Shown: positions 52,851-63,490 of the stretch, one piece after another
How the letters are laid out: each line of letters starts with the position of its first letter
Numbering within the stretch: position 1 is the stretch's first letter
Assembly (NCBI GenBank): GCA_002633005.1
Contig: NMRA01000109.1
Location: 919,122-983,121, forward strand
Direction: 5' to 3'
DNA length: 64,000 bases
Source of the DNA: Phoronis australis
Taxonomy: Eukaryota > Animalia > Phoronida
The notes under the pieces: model-generated
What the model saw: the letters and a program-made list of their open reading frames with translations, nothing else
Database searches by the model: none
What the model was told of the DNA's origin: nothing
Made by a program: the position numbers and the translations under genes

Positions 52851-53607
52851 TTTATATTTTTCATCAATCTATCAAAGCATTCAATCTATATATACGTCAA
52901 AAAGCTGTGATTTTCTATGTTCCCACTTTTTTTGACTTTCTCTTGCAGTGGCTCTTTTTAAAACTCTTAAGGGACGTTATCGGTTTCACGACCGAAAACC
53001 GAATTTTGGGTGATTGTTGTTGGGTGGGATAGATTTCTTCAACTTATTAGCTATACAACAACCACATCTTCTTTTTATTTGTGATTTCATTTCAAATCGC
53101 CATTTCCAATAGTTATCTTCCAGACTTTCGTTGAAACTAAGACCGACCACTTTTACCACTTAAATATGTTAAAACAATTGAATTTGCCATTTATAGAGCG
53201 GGATTCAGCGTTAGTTTACGACCGCTGGAGTTCCGGGTTCGATTCCACGCAAAAGCTGAACAGATTTAGAAAAAATGTTTTCTCGCCGACACTGCACGAG
53301 ATAATTAAAACGGATAATAATGCGACCGCTTTCAACAAAAAGCAGCAGGCTGTATACCGTTAAGCAACTAGAGTCCCAAAGTGTTTTTGGATTTTGTTAA
53401 TGGTGATTTCTAAGTTGGCTTACAATTCCTTATCGCTTGAACCTAGGCTCAAGGAACTTGTTACGGTAGGTCATTTTATGTACCGTAGTTAAGGTTCAAA
53501 CCACAACGAACAGTTTTGAATAGCAATTGGTCTATCATTTTTTCTGCAGAGGTCGGGCTTGTAACAGCTTTTGAATGCTGAGCACTTTAGAGAGTGCAAT
53601 ACAAATA

Positions 53608-53698
53608 CATGGGCGGCGCACCATAGGGGGCTGGGGGGATATAGCTCCGGCGCCCATGGTCTATAGGCGGNCACTTTTTCAGTGCAGCGCCGCCCATG
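53608..53698. mobile_element. CATG-ended hAT-like MITE
   Basis: AAATA|CATGGGCGGCGC...GCGCCGCCCATG|ATATA. Confidence 0.75.
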
Positions 53699-53812
53699 AT
53701 ATAGTTCCTAGTAAGTCCGTGTGACACCCACAAGTAGGAAGGAAGATTTGCTAACCTGATTTGACAGACACTACACGTTATTTGATTTCAGACACCCCAA
53801 GGCTGAAACAAG

Positions 53813-54262
53813 ATGTATAACAAACCCCAGGAAAGTTCGCACGAAGAGTACGAAATCTCTTCCGGGGCCGTGGGTTGTCTTGCCATCGCTCAAATCGTGC
53901 TAGGATTAGCTTGCCTCGCCTTCGGTATCGTCATGATCACTCTCGACTCTAGCACGATGTGGATTTATATAACCGGAGCCGCACAACTGTGGATACCTGC
54001 GATTCCTGTCGTCGCTGGCATTTTGGGACTCTTTGCAGCGTGCAGGGCCACGACCAACTGGATCGTCTCCCACATGGTGGTTTCGATCGCGGCGTCTGTG
54101 ACGTCATTCGGTCTGTTCGTCCTGGGCTGTGTTGTAAGTGGGATGCATGTCACCTTCGTGAGCAACATGCATATCGCCATACTCGTTTTGGCGTTCTTCG
54201 AATTTCTCACTGCTATTGGGTCTTCGTTTTTGTGTTTTCGAGCCGTTCGTTCAAAATCATAA
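53813..54262 (+). CDS. MS4A/CD20-like four-transmembrane protein, paralog 3 (149 aa)
   Basis: LAIAQIVLG, WIYITGAAQLWIP, HIAILVLAFFEF, SSFLCFRAV; acceptor gatttcAG at 53791 with an in-frame stop before the ATG. Confidence 0.87.
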   Translation: MYNKPQESSHEEYEISSGAVGCLAIAQIVLGLACLAFGIVMITLDSSTMWIYITGAAQLWIPAIPVVAGILGLFAACRATTNWIVSHMVVSIAASVTSFGLFVLGCVVSGMHVTFVSNMHIAILVLAFFEFLTAIGSSFLCFRAVRSKS

Positions 54263-55791
54263 GACAGTGACAATAAAGCGCAGTGAATAGTCAGACAATA
54301 GGCCTTTTCACCTCGTTGAAGTGCGATTGGTGATCCCAAAACATTTTACCAACGTTAAGAAGCCATCTAAGATCAAAGTGGACCATAAAAAGCAATCGAC
54401 TGGCGATATTCACTTTCCACGGTAGTTTTCGATGTCTTGACTCTACCGGGCGAAATTGATAAGCAGTTGATATTCAGTATTAAAAGTGAGAAAAGATGTT
54501 TGTATTCGCCACGGTTCACGGGTTGTGGTCAGAGGTGAACTGAACTGATCTCCTGCGTAAGGCGTCAAAACTGTTGACTATCATTGTATAAGTGGCCATG
54601 CCCCTATTGTTTTAAGCTATAGTTTAGTATCAGACAAAGTAGCCAATCTTTGGTTTGATCACGTCGCACGTGTCCCAGGCGTGCATTTGTTACATGTAAT
54701 AATAGGCAATTCGAAATTTTTTAAAAGTATAATATTTTCCCTGGAAGTCTGACCTTGCTTACACTGGAACACAAAATCTACCGCACGCAGTGTTCTCAAA
54801 ATCCCTGATACTGAGACGATCACACACTTTGTACTGGACGGGTCGTTGCGTCGGATCATTGCCACTAAAAAACTTGTTCTTAATAGCATTCAAAACTTAC
54901 TACCGGTCATATTACAGTCACGGAAGGCTTGGCCTAAAAATGGAGTTTTTGTGTTAGAGTGTCCACGACGAGAGTACGACTAAACTTCACTGTGACATAT
55001 TTGGATACTGAGAATCTCAACTGTTAAAATGTGAAGTTACTGTCATTGGGACATAGTGTCAGAATCTAAACTTGTGTCATACCGGTCTGTCGCATAATTT
55101 GTAGGTATAGGCTTTTCTAGTTGTGTGCGTCAAACGGAAACAATGACCCCGCAATTATACCTGTCGTGTCTATTGGTGTCCAATTCTTTGCTCTATTGTA
55201 AAATGGCTGAAGGCCAAGGTACTTAATCGTGTATTTAGGACCATGTGCTTATATTCGAACAATGCACTCTTTCAAAAGAAAAATGAATAACATTTAATAT
55301 GTAACAAAATAGGTGTTTTACACACTGGCACGTCAGCCTCGCCCCAAAGCATCAAAATGGCGCTGATCGGTTTAGCCATTTGAGGCTTCGTGAATACCTT
55401 TGCGCAATGACTGGCCGCTGCCTTGAAGTCATTAAAACAAAGACAGACTGTAATTATTTTCACAGACGTTGCTGCTTTCATGAAGCAGAAGGCATTGTTT
55501 TCGCTATTGCTTGAAATAAAGGTTGTTGGCGTACTTATTTTCAATTCTTTAGTATCAATCAGTTTTCGAATCATTTTTGCGATGGTTTAGACCTAAATTG
55601 CCGAAATATACCGTTATTTTTCATTTTTATATGATGCTGCAGAAAATTTGAAATTTGTATAACTTTATATTACTCGTGATATTCAGGCAATTTCCGTAAA
55701 AATGTGTCAGCGGAGTTGCAACCAAGTCGATTTAACGATTGCGCATGGAATGGCCGATTGGTTTGCACGACGTGTGATTTGTGTGCATTAA

Positions 55792-57408
55792 AGGAGAATT
55801 CCACCCAAAAACAACCTATTTTGTATCAATTTAGATCGAGCAGTTCTACTCCGTTAACGGCACGTTCGGTTGCGTTACCTGACACCTGACGGCAGACGGA
55901 GGTGTTAAAATTATCCAATAACGTCATTGGATTCACACGCAGTCTGTTCAGCAGTTAACAACACGGGTTACTGGTGTCAAGTTATCGCTTGAATTCATCG
56001 TTGGACACCAATAAATAATCAAACTTCGATGTAAAACCCTTAAAATACACCGAGTTTTTATAAACACGTGTTGCTTTATTTCGCTGTTACTGATCTATTG
56101 GTATTTGGACACACCATAGCCTACAAAGTTCGGCAGGCCAATTTACCAAGGTCCACAGCAGGAATTTGGGGTCTGTTCGGAGATAAATTCGAAGTATTCT
56201 TCCGTGAAATACAGACAAGAGAACCTAGAACTGTGTTGTTCAGACTTGTGATTTTTTTAGTTCTAAACATACAAAACGCTTGTTATCCCGACCAGTGGCT
56301 CGGAACCCGATCAGGCCCGACGCGGCAGCCGGGGCTGGCACGAACATAAACCAGCTTGAGTTGGAAACTAAACCTCCAGTCACGAAAAGACTATAATGGT
56401 GAGCCAAAGAAATAACGGGAATTAGCCACGAAACTGAAAATCTACTTGTCTGGGGCCGCGAAGTCGGGTTCCCCTTCCACAGACCATCAGGGCAAAGGTC
56501 GCACAGTAACAAAGATTTGAATAATGTATTTGTATTTCTGAATAAATATTCCCCTAACATGTGACCATAGATATAAAATCTAGTAATTGTTTCCCAACAG
56601 CTTTCTGTTAGCAAACACTGGCGCTCACACGGCCTCGGTGCCCGGTCCTTTAATGCCGGCACCAAAAGCCGGCCGCAGTGATTTATTCATTACTGGCTTC
56701 TCAACATTTGCACTCACGAATACTGCAAAGGCATTACAAATTGTATCTAATGAAACTGACTTTGTTTCAGTTTTATAAAAGCATTGGTTAGGATGAGAAT
56801 AATTCATTTTTAAACAGAAGGCAGATAATAAACGTCGATCTACATGGCAACTCGCCCGGCGCCAATCACGTCTTAGTTAGTCAAGAGCTCATCCGACGAA
56901 GACTTCACGGATCGGATTGTTAGGTTTCAGGCTATCAATTCGTACCGGAATACACTGATCAATATATAGAGAGGCGCCGTGAACATGCACAGGCAACGAA
57001 ACGTATGGAGAATTCTTTGGTAAGCCGGAATTCGTCAGAGAAATCACTGTCAACGAAATGCTGGCCACAGACACAGAGATGTTTCACGGCCTCATACTTG
57101 CTATTAACAGCGTACCTTTCATTCTTCACTACTACTTCCTAAGCATTTCGGGCTCTCGAGGAAGTCAAAAAAACGATATACCCGCTTTCTTCGCAGCTTC
57201 ATAGTTCTTACAAGCGGGAATGATACACCGCAATATAGCGGCATTCACTTTGCAGACGAACTACTGACGTCGCTGCGTCGTTTCTCACCTTCCTCACGGG
57301 TTAACGCGACAACTCTCGGCAAGGTGAGGTCGACCGTCTAAGAGGCAATGTGTATATAGACCGATTAAGACGGTAAAAAAGACTAATTAAATCGGGTGGC
57401 ATTCTCCT
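55792..57408 (-). mobile_element. Kolobok-type non-autonomous element with decayed THAP domain
   Basis: TTAA|AGGAGAATTCCACCC...GGGTGGCATTCTCCT|TTAA; minus strand at about 57240-57035 reads RCIIPACKN..GISFF*LPREPEMLRK* ... LCVCGQHFVDSDF. Confidence 0.8.
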
Positions 57409-57874
57409 TTAAACTACGCTGCTGTATGTAATTCTGCCGCCATTCGCCCTAGTAAGCGCCCATGCCCCAATAAGTGCCCAGCTCATGAACTACATGCGAA
57501 AAATGCATTAGGCCCTACCTACAGCTCCAACGTCTCCACTTTATCAACTGAAAGACACGACAGTCCTGAATTTGTAGACCACGAGCCTCACCATTATGTC
57601 CGTGTACACTTCAAACTTAGTCCGCGATTCAAAAAGAACGCAAAAGTTTTGCTGCTCTTTCGGGGGATGTGCCCCACTATGGTCTGGACTTTGAAAACAC
57701 TGAGACGCAGTGTAAAGTCAGCGGGATTGCATTGTTTGTATCTTCCCGGTACAGATCTTCTCCGGCCTCAACAGGAATCCAAACTTCTTTGTACACGTGA
57801 AAACAGTGAAGCGAAGACTAAAAAAAAACCTGGACCAGTGTTAGCACGCGGCCTAGAAGCGCGCGCTGCATGAT

Positions 57875-57908
57875 GTACCAGCCATGTCTATGGGTCTATG
57901 GTACCAGC
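57875..57908. mobile_element. 18-bp CAT..ATG remnant between 8-bp direct repeats (P-element-like footprint)
   Basis: GTACCAGC|CATGTCTATGGGTCTATG|GTACCAGC. Confidence 0.6.
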
Positions 57909-58095
57909 TGTCATCGAAGACATTTAGTCGGGAACCTATCTATTCATGAAACGGGTAACCTAGCATCGGCAAGAAATAAATATTGGCACTAATTTCCGAA
58001 AGTTTCTACTACCGTAAAAAATTTTGCATTATTTTTAAGAGAAATTATTTAACTAATCATAATCGGTGTTTTTAAAGTCAAAATGACCCACTAAT

Positions 58096-58251
58096 CAGGG
58101 GCGGATCCAGGATTTTGAGTTAGTAGGGGGCAGGGCAGAGTATTAGCCAGGATTTTGCCCCTCAGACATTCGCACCCCCGAACTGCCAAATGGAATCTAG
58201 GAGAATTTTAGGGGGGCATGGCCCTCTTGGCCCCCTCTAAGTCCGCCACTG
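58096..58251. mobile_element. hAT-like MITE with 5-bp TSD (longer relative of 14390-14448)
   Basis: CTAAT|CAGGGGCGGATCCAGGATTTT...CCCCCTCTAAGTCCGCCACTG|CTAAT. Confidence 0.85.
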
Positions 58252-58558
58252 CTAATATAGTGAACACATTCGCACCCTTACACCCCGAATCTTCCGGAAA
58301 ACAGCTGTAACACTACGGTCACACATCCACTCACACGGCAACTCAGTGAGTGACATATCTGTCTTACCGAAACAATTCTCGAACGTTTTTTAGCAGATTG
58401 AGGCCAGCAAGTGCTAAATATTAAAACACGCTCTGTTCAGTGACTGCTGGAGTTAATTTCTTTGGTTGCAATGCACACCTAGATCATTACATCGCATTTA
58501 CTCTGGCAAATGAACTCTGATGACAAGCACACGCACGCTTACTCTCACATACACGCAC

Positions 58559-58670
58559 CAGGGCTCGACGCTATTAAAATCGACAGGTCGCATTTTGCGA
58601 CCTAGCCAAAATCCCAGGTCGCATTTTCAAAATCCAGCTCGCATTCGTAAATGCCAGGTCGCAAAAATTT
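58559..58670 (+). mobile_element. Orphan left end of a hAT-like element
   Basis: CAGGGCTCGAC terminus followed by clustered GGTCGCA/TGCGACC motifs; partner end not found. Confidence 0.4.
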
Positions 58671-59290
58671 CCCGCCATTTTTACGCGCCAAAATAGATTT
58701 TTTAGATCATACAGAAAATGTTTAGATTATGCTCTTACCTGAAGCGTTAAATACTCACAAATTTCGGATCTCAAAATTGACTTCATTCATGCAGGTACGG
58801 CCTTGCTGTTCTTCACGACCGCCATTGAAAGACTCTAGAGCGCAAGGCAAGTTGCCGAAGTGAAAGTTGAATCAGTGCTCTCTAACTGACTTGTGGATTC
58901 GAGTAGCTAAATTTGCGATGTGAAAAGGGAGAAAATGCCCTTTGAAAAAGTATCCGAGATTTTGTTAGATCTGGCCTGCTACTGGCTGTCATCAAAGTCG
59001 TTAACTATTCAAACTAACTCGGGTAATGGCGAGTTTGCTCCTCAATACCAAGTAAGGGAAAAAGAGGTCAGTCACAAAACAACACGCATGTCACTAGTGT
59101 TAACTTTCTTTCCGAGGTATAAAACGAAGCCGGGATTTGGTTTTTACATATTGTGAAAAGACGTTTTTGAAAACTGAAGTTCTGTAAAATGAAAGTGACA
59201 TACCATATAAGCTGCGTGTCAATTTTAAACCACACGCGGTCGTTTGTAGTGCGCTATGATGGGCGCTTAGCTTGAACTGTGGGCGCTTAA

Positions 59291-60619
59291 AGGCGAAAGC
59301 AACCTTTTTTCATGTCACTTTTAGCAAAAATAAGGTTCGTTGATTATCCCAGACACATTTTTCACTTAATTACAGCTTTTGGTAATTTGATTAATTTCTC
59401 GTCCTCTACTCCGGAAGTGACGTTTTGGGAAGCAAGAGTTTCGCGCCAATTTCTTTTCATTATAGTCTGACTGTGAGAGCTGAAGAGTCAGTCACTGTTC
59501 TACCTCGGTTGTGATAAGTTCGGTCGTCGTTTGCTTTTGTTTACAAGTCAGTCAACATGCCCCGCTGTTGCTGCGTGCCGGGATATACTCATTATCGTCT
59601 CACACGCGCTTTGGGTACCTTGCGTCGCTTTCCGAAGGATGACACACTTCGCCGTACTTGGCTAGCTCGTTCATGTGAAGAACGTAGCGCTACCCGTCCA
59701 CGCAACGTACAAAGCAGTGGAGGGTTACCGAGTGTGTATCAAGCATTTTCTGCCGTCAGATTATGACAGATATGTACGCTGAATTGATGAAGGTCCCTGC
59801 GAAACAACACCTGAAGAAGGGTACCATACCGTCGCTGTTGATTCCAGGCAGTGCCCCGTCGCCAACCCCGAGAAGTGCGCTTCAGAAGCGAGAAGCCTCG
59901 CGAGCTGTGGCCACTAGATAGTGACTGGAGGCACTTCATCTACTGTCACCCGTGCCTCCAAACGTACCCCATTGCGCGCAATTCCGGGAACTAGCAGTGA
60001 TTCGCCCTGTGCTGTTGTCTCTAGCCCAGAGCCTGTAAGCAGCTCTGCAGCGATATTAAGTAATGGGAGTGAATACAGGCCCATTTCGACACCCAGTGAA
60101 GAGGACAGTTCGTCATGCAATGAACAGATCGGTGAGCCTAAGTTTGATAAGTTTATTGTGGACTTGTATTGGAGCTATATGGAAGGTGCCAGGTGTGTGG
60201 CGAGGGAGTCACACGGCGGGATGTAAGCAGTTTAGGTGCTCAGATCACCCTTCGGTGGGAGTGTGTCGCGGGACACTCGGGCAAGTGGGACAGTTCTTCC
60301 TCTGTACGTGAGACGATAATGAGTACACCCCAGTACGCAGCAACAGCGTGGCATGTTGACTAACTCGTAAGCAAAAGCAAACGACGACCGAACTTATCAC
60401 AGCCGAGGTAGAACAATGACTGACTCGACTGCTCTCACAGTCAGACTATATGAAAAGAAATTGGCGCGAAATTCTTGCCTCCCAAAACGTCACTTCCGGA
60501 GTAGACGACGAGTAATTAATTAAATTACGAAAAGCAGTAAATAAGTGAAAAATATGTCTGGGATTATCAACGAACCTTACTTTTGCTAAAATTGACATGA
60601 AAAATGGTTTCCTTCGCCT
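59291..60619 (+). mobile_element. Kolobok-type TTAA element with ~310-bp inverted arms and a truncated THAP-transposase pseudogene
   Basis: TTAA|AGGCGAA...TTCGCCT|TTAA; arms 59291-59603 and 60308-60619; MPRCCCVPG..RRFPKDDTLRRTWL..YRVCIKHF..LKKGTIPSL (frameshifted), then KFIV..LELYGRCQVC..ECVAGHSGKWDS. Confidence 0.85.
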
Positions 60620-62218
60620 TTAATTGGAAATTCTCAAAATTTAAGGGGGGACTTTTAATAGATCAGTGAGCGCTTATTATGAAACACTTTAAAGGCAGGG
60701 AGTAGGCTTGTGCGTGAGCATAGTCGTTAACCTCAGTGTTTGCGGTAATAAGATATTAAAACGCTGCAATGGTAAGAAACGTTATAATAATACGATTTTG
60801 CGAAGAAAACTCTATATAGTAGGGGTGACTTTCTGGATATCGTTACCAATTACATTGTACCCTTTTTAGCCACTCGGAATGATTTTGTTTTTAGCTGCCC
60901 GCTTCAGCCCGAGCAAGGTTAGTGTTTCTATAGGAGTCTGAACATTTTACGGCGACGGTGGTTCGGGGATTGAAAAGTTGCCGGGTGTGGGGGGTGTATA
61001 AAGTATAAAGAGAAGAATGAAAAGTTCGCTAACTTGAACCACAATTTCGCATCTAGTGCCAGTTTAGTTGCAATAGCTGGCTACGGGCATAGAATACAGG
61101 GTTTACTGAACATCGACCTCGGGAAACATCGGAACAGGAAAACGTCAGTTCTGGGTTATATCGGTCCCGGGACATCGGGTTTTTTTATAACCGTTGGGAA
61201 TCTGAGTTCATTTTCAAATAAACCAGAGAGAAGCCGGTATACTCTTTCATTTAGGACTGTCGCTGTTCTTTGAAGTGGTGAGCACGCGTGAGGTCACGCA
61301 CTTGAATCGCTGGAGTAGGCCTACACTTAACGTTGGCAACAACTTGTGAAAGACAAATCATATTTCGCGCACGTAGCCCCAGAAACAAGTAAAGGGTTTG
61401 AGAATTTCTTGGCAACTGAAAGTAAAGACGTGACCGTCGTTTGGCGATTAATAAGGTTGTCATTTTCACTTTGGCTGTCTTAATACGATAAAAATGAGAA
61501 GCACATCTCAGTCTAAGTCACGATTGTCTGCCGGGACCGCTTGCGCGCTAACGGTACCGCAACGAAAGTTCATAGCAATGCGCCACAAATTTGTAGAAAG
61601 ACTGTCATAGGTTAAAAATACGTCACAGAGCGTAAATTTTATGAATCCTAGCTTCCGACTTTACCCGTTTGGGAAACCGGCTTTCAACTGCCGTAGACTA
61701 CAATAAGAATCCCCTCACCTTGAAATGAATTTTTCTAACCGTTTATTAGAGCCAATACAGTATACAGCTTTCCAACAAGGCTAGGTGATGCTACGACATT
61801 ATTCTTTGTTGCATTAGTAACAGGTCTTGGCTAATTATCATTTTATGGCCTGGGCAAGGTCTCCAATCTACGTACTCAGACTCGAATCATGCTCAAACTC
61901 ACACTTCATACTCAACTCGAGTACAGACTCAGCTTTGGTGTATTCAATGTCATACTCGAAAAACCTGTACTCGAAATTTCGAGCACGTACTCAGTTTTCG
62001 AGTGTACTCGAACTGAAGTGTATCTCATCTATATTTCGAGTACGATTTTGAGTAAAAATTCGGAGTCTATGCTCAAATTTCAAGTTTGCTATGGCAGTGT
62101 GCTTGAAATCGTACTCGAAAATAAATACGAGCCAGAAAACAAAATATCGAAAGAGAACCAAGAAACACAGCAAATCTAAAAAAATTACTCCTCTTACCGT
62201 ATCTCAGCCCACTTCAAT

Positions 62219-62610
62219 GAAGCAGCCGGAGGCAGCGAAGGCAAGCTTCGACGTAGCACTTAGGCGGGCCTCAGCCAAGCAGCCGGAGAAAGCGCAGGCA
62301 GGCTCCGACGTAGCACTTAGGCGGGCCTCAGCCGGCAAGCAGCCGGAATAGGCAGCGCAGGCAGGCTCCGACGTAGCACTTAGGCGGGCCTCAGCCAAGC
62401 AGCTGGAGGCAGCGCAGGCAGGCTCCGACGTAGCACTTAGGCGGGCCTCAGCCAAGCACCCGGAGGCAGCGCAGGCAGGCTCCGACGTAGCACATAGGCG
62501 GGCCTCAGCCAAGCAGCCGGAGGCAGCGCAGGCAGGCTCCGACGTAGCACTTAGGCGGGCCTCAGCCAAGCAGCCGGAGGCAGCGCAGGCAGACACCGAC
62601 GTATCACTTA
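62219..62610 (+). repeat. GC-rich 57-bp minisatellite, array 1 (~7 copies)
   Basis: Unit GCAGCCGGAGGCAGCGCAGGCAGGCTCCGACGTAGCACTTAGGCGGGCCTCAGCCAA. Confidence 0.95.
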
Positions 62611-63490
62611 TTCTTTCCGAGGTATAAAACGAAGCCGGGATTTGGTTTTTACATATTGTGAAAAGACGTTTTTGAAAACTGAAGTTGTGTAAAATGAAAG
62701 TGACATACCATATAAGCTGCGTGTCAATTTTAAACCACACGCGGTCGTTTGTAGTGCGCTATGATGGGCGCTAGCTTGAACTGTGGGCGCTTAAAGGCGA
62801 AAGCAACCTTTTTTCATGTCACTTTTAGCAAAAATAAGGTTCGTTGATTATCCCAGACACATTTTTCACTTAATTACAGCTTTTGGTAAGTTGATTAATT
62901 TCTCGTCCTCTACTCCGGAAGTGACGTTTTGGGAAGCAAGAGTTTCGCGCCAATTTCTTTTCATTATAGTCTGACTGTGAGAGCTGAAGAGTCAGCCACT
63001 GTTCTACCTCGGTTGTGATAAGTTCGGTCGTCGTTTGCTTTTGTTTACAAGTCAGTCAACATGCCCCGCTGTTGCTGCGTGCCGGGATATACTCATACTA
63101 AAGTGTATCTCATCTATATTTCGAGTACGATTTTGAGTAAAAATTCGGAGTCTATGCTCAAATTTCAAGTTTGCTATAGCAGTGTGCTTGAAATCGTACT
63201 CGAAAATAAATACGAGCCAGAAAACAAAATATCGAAAGAGAACCAAGAAACACAGCAAATCTAAAAAAAATAAATCCTCTTACCGTATCTCAGCCCACTT
63301 CAATGAAACAGCCGGAGCCAGCAAAGGCAGGCTTCGACGTAGCACTTAGGCGGGCCTCAGCCAAGCAGCCGGAGAAAGCGCAGGCAGGCTCCGACGTAGC
63401 ACTTAGGCGGGCCTCAGCCAAGCAGCCGGAGGCAGCGCAGGCAGGCTCCGACGTAGCACTTAGGCGGGCCTCAGCCGGCAAGCAGCCGGA
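62611..63490 (+). repeat. Composite local duplication: copy of 59106-59592 fused to a copy of 62012-~62350
   Basis: 62611-63096 is near-identical to 59106-59592; from 63097 the sequence matches 62012 onward. Confidence 0.9.

Noticed and set aside
52521-52935. Ile-rich membrane-protein ORFs on both strands
   Set aside because: Translation of a degenerate (ATT)n microsatellite.
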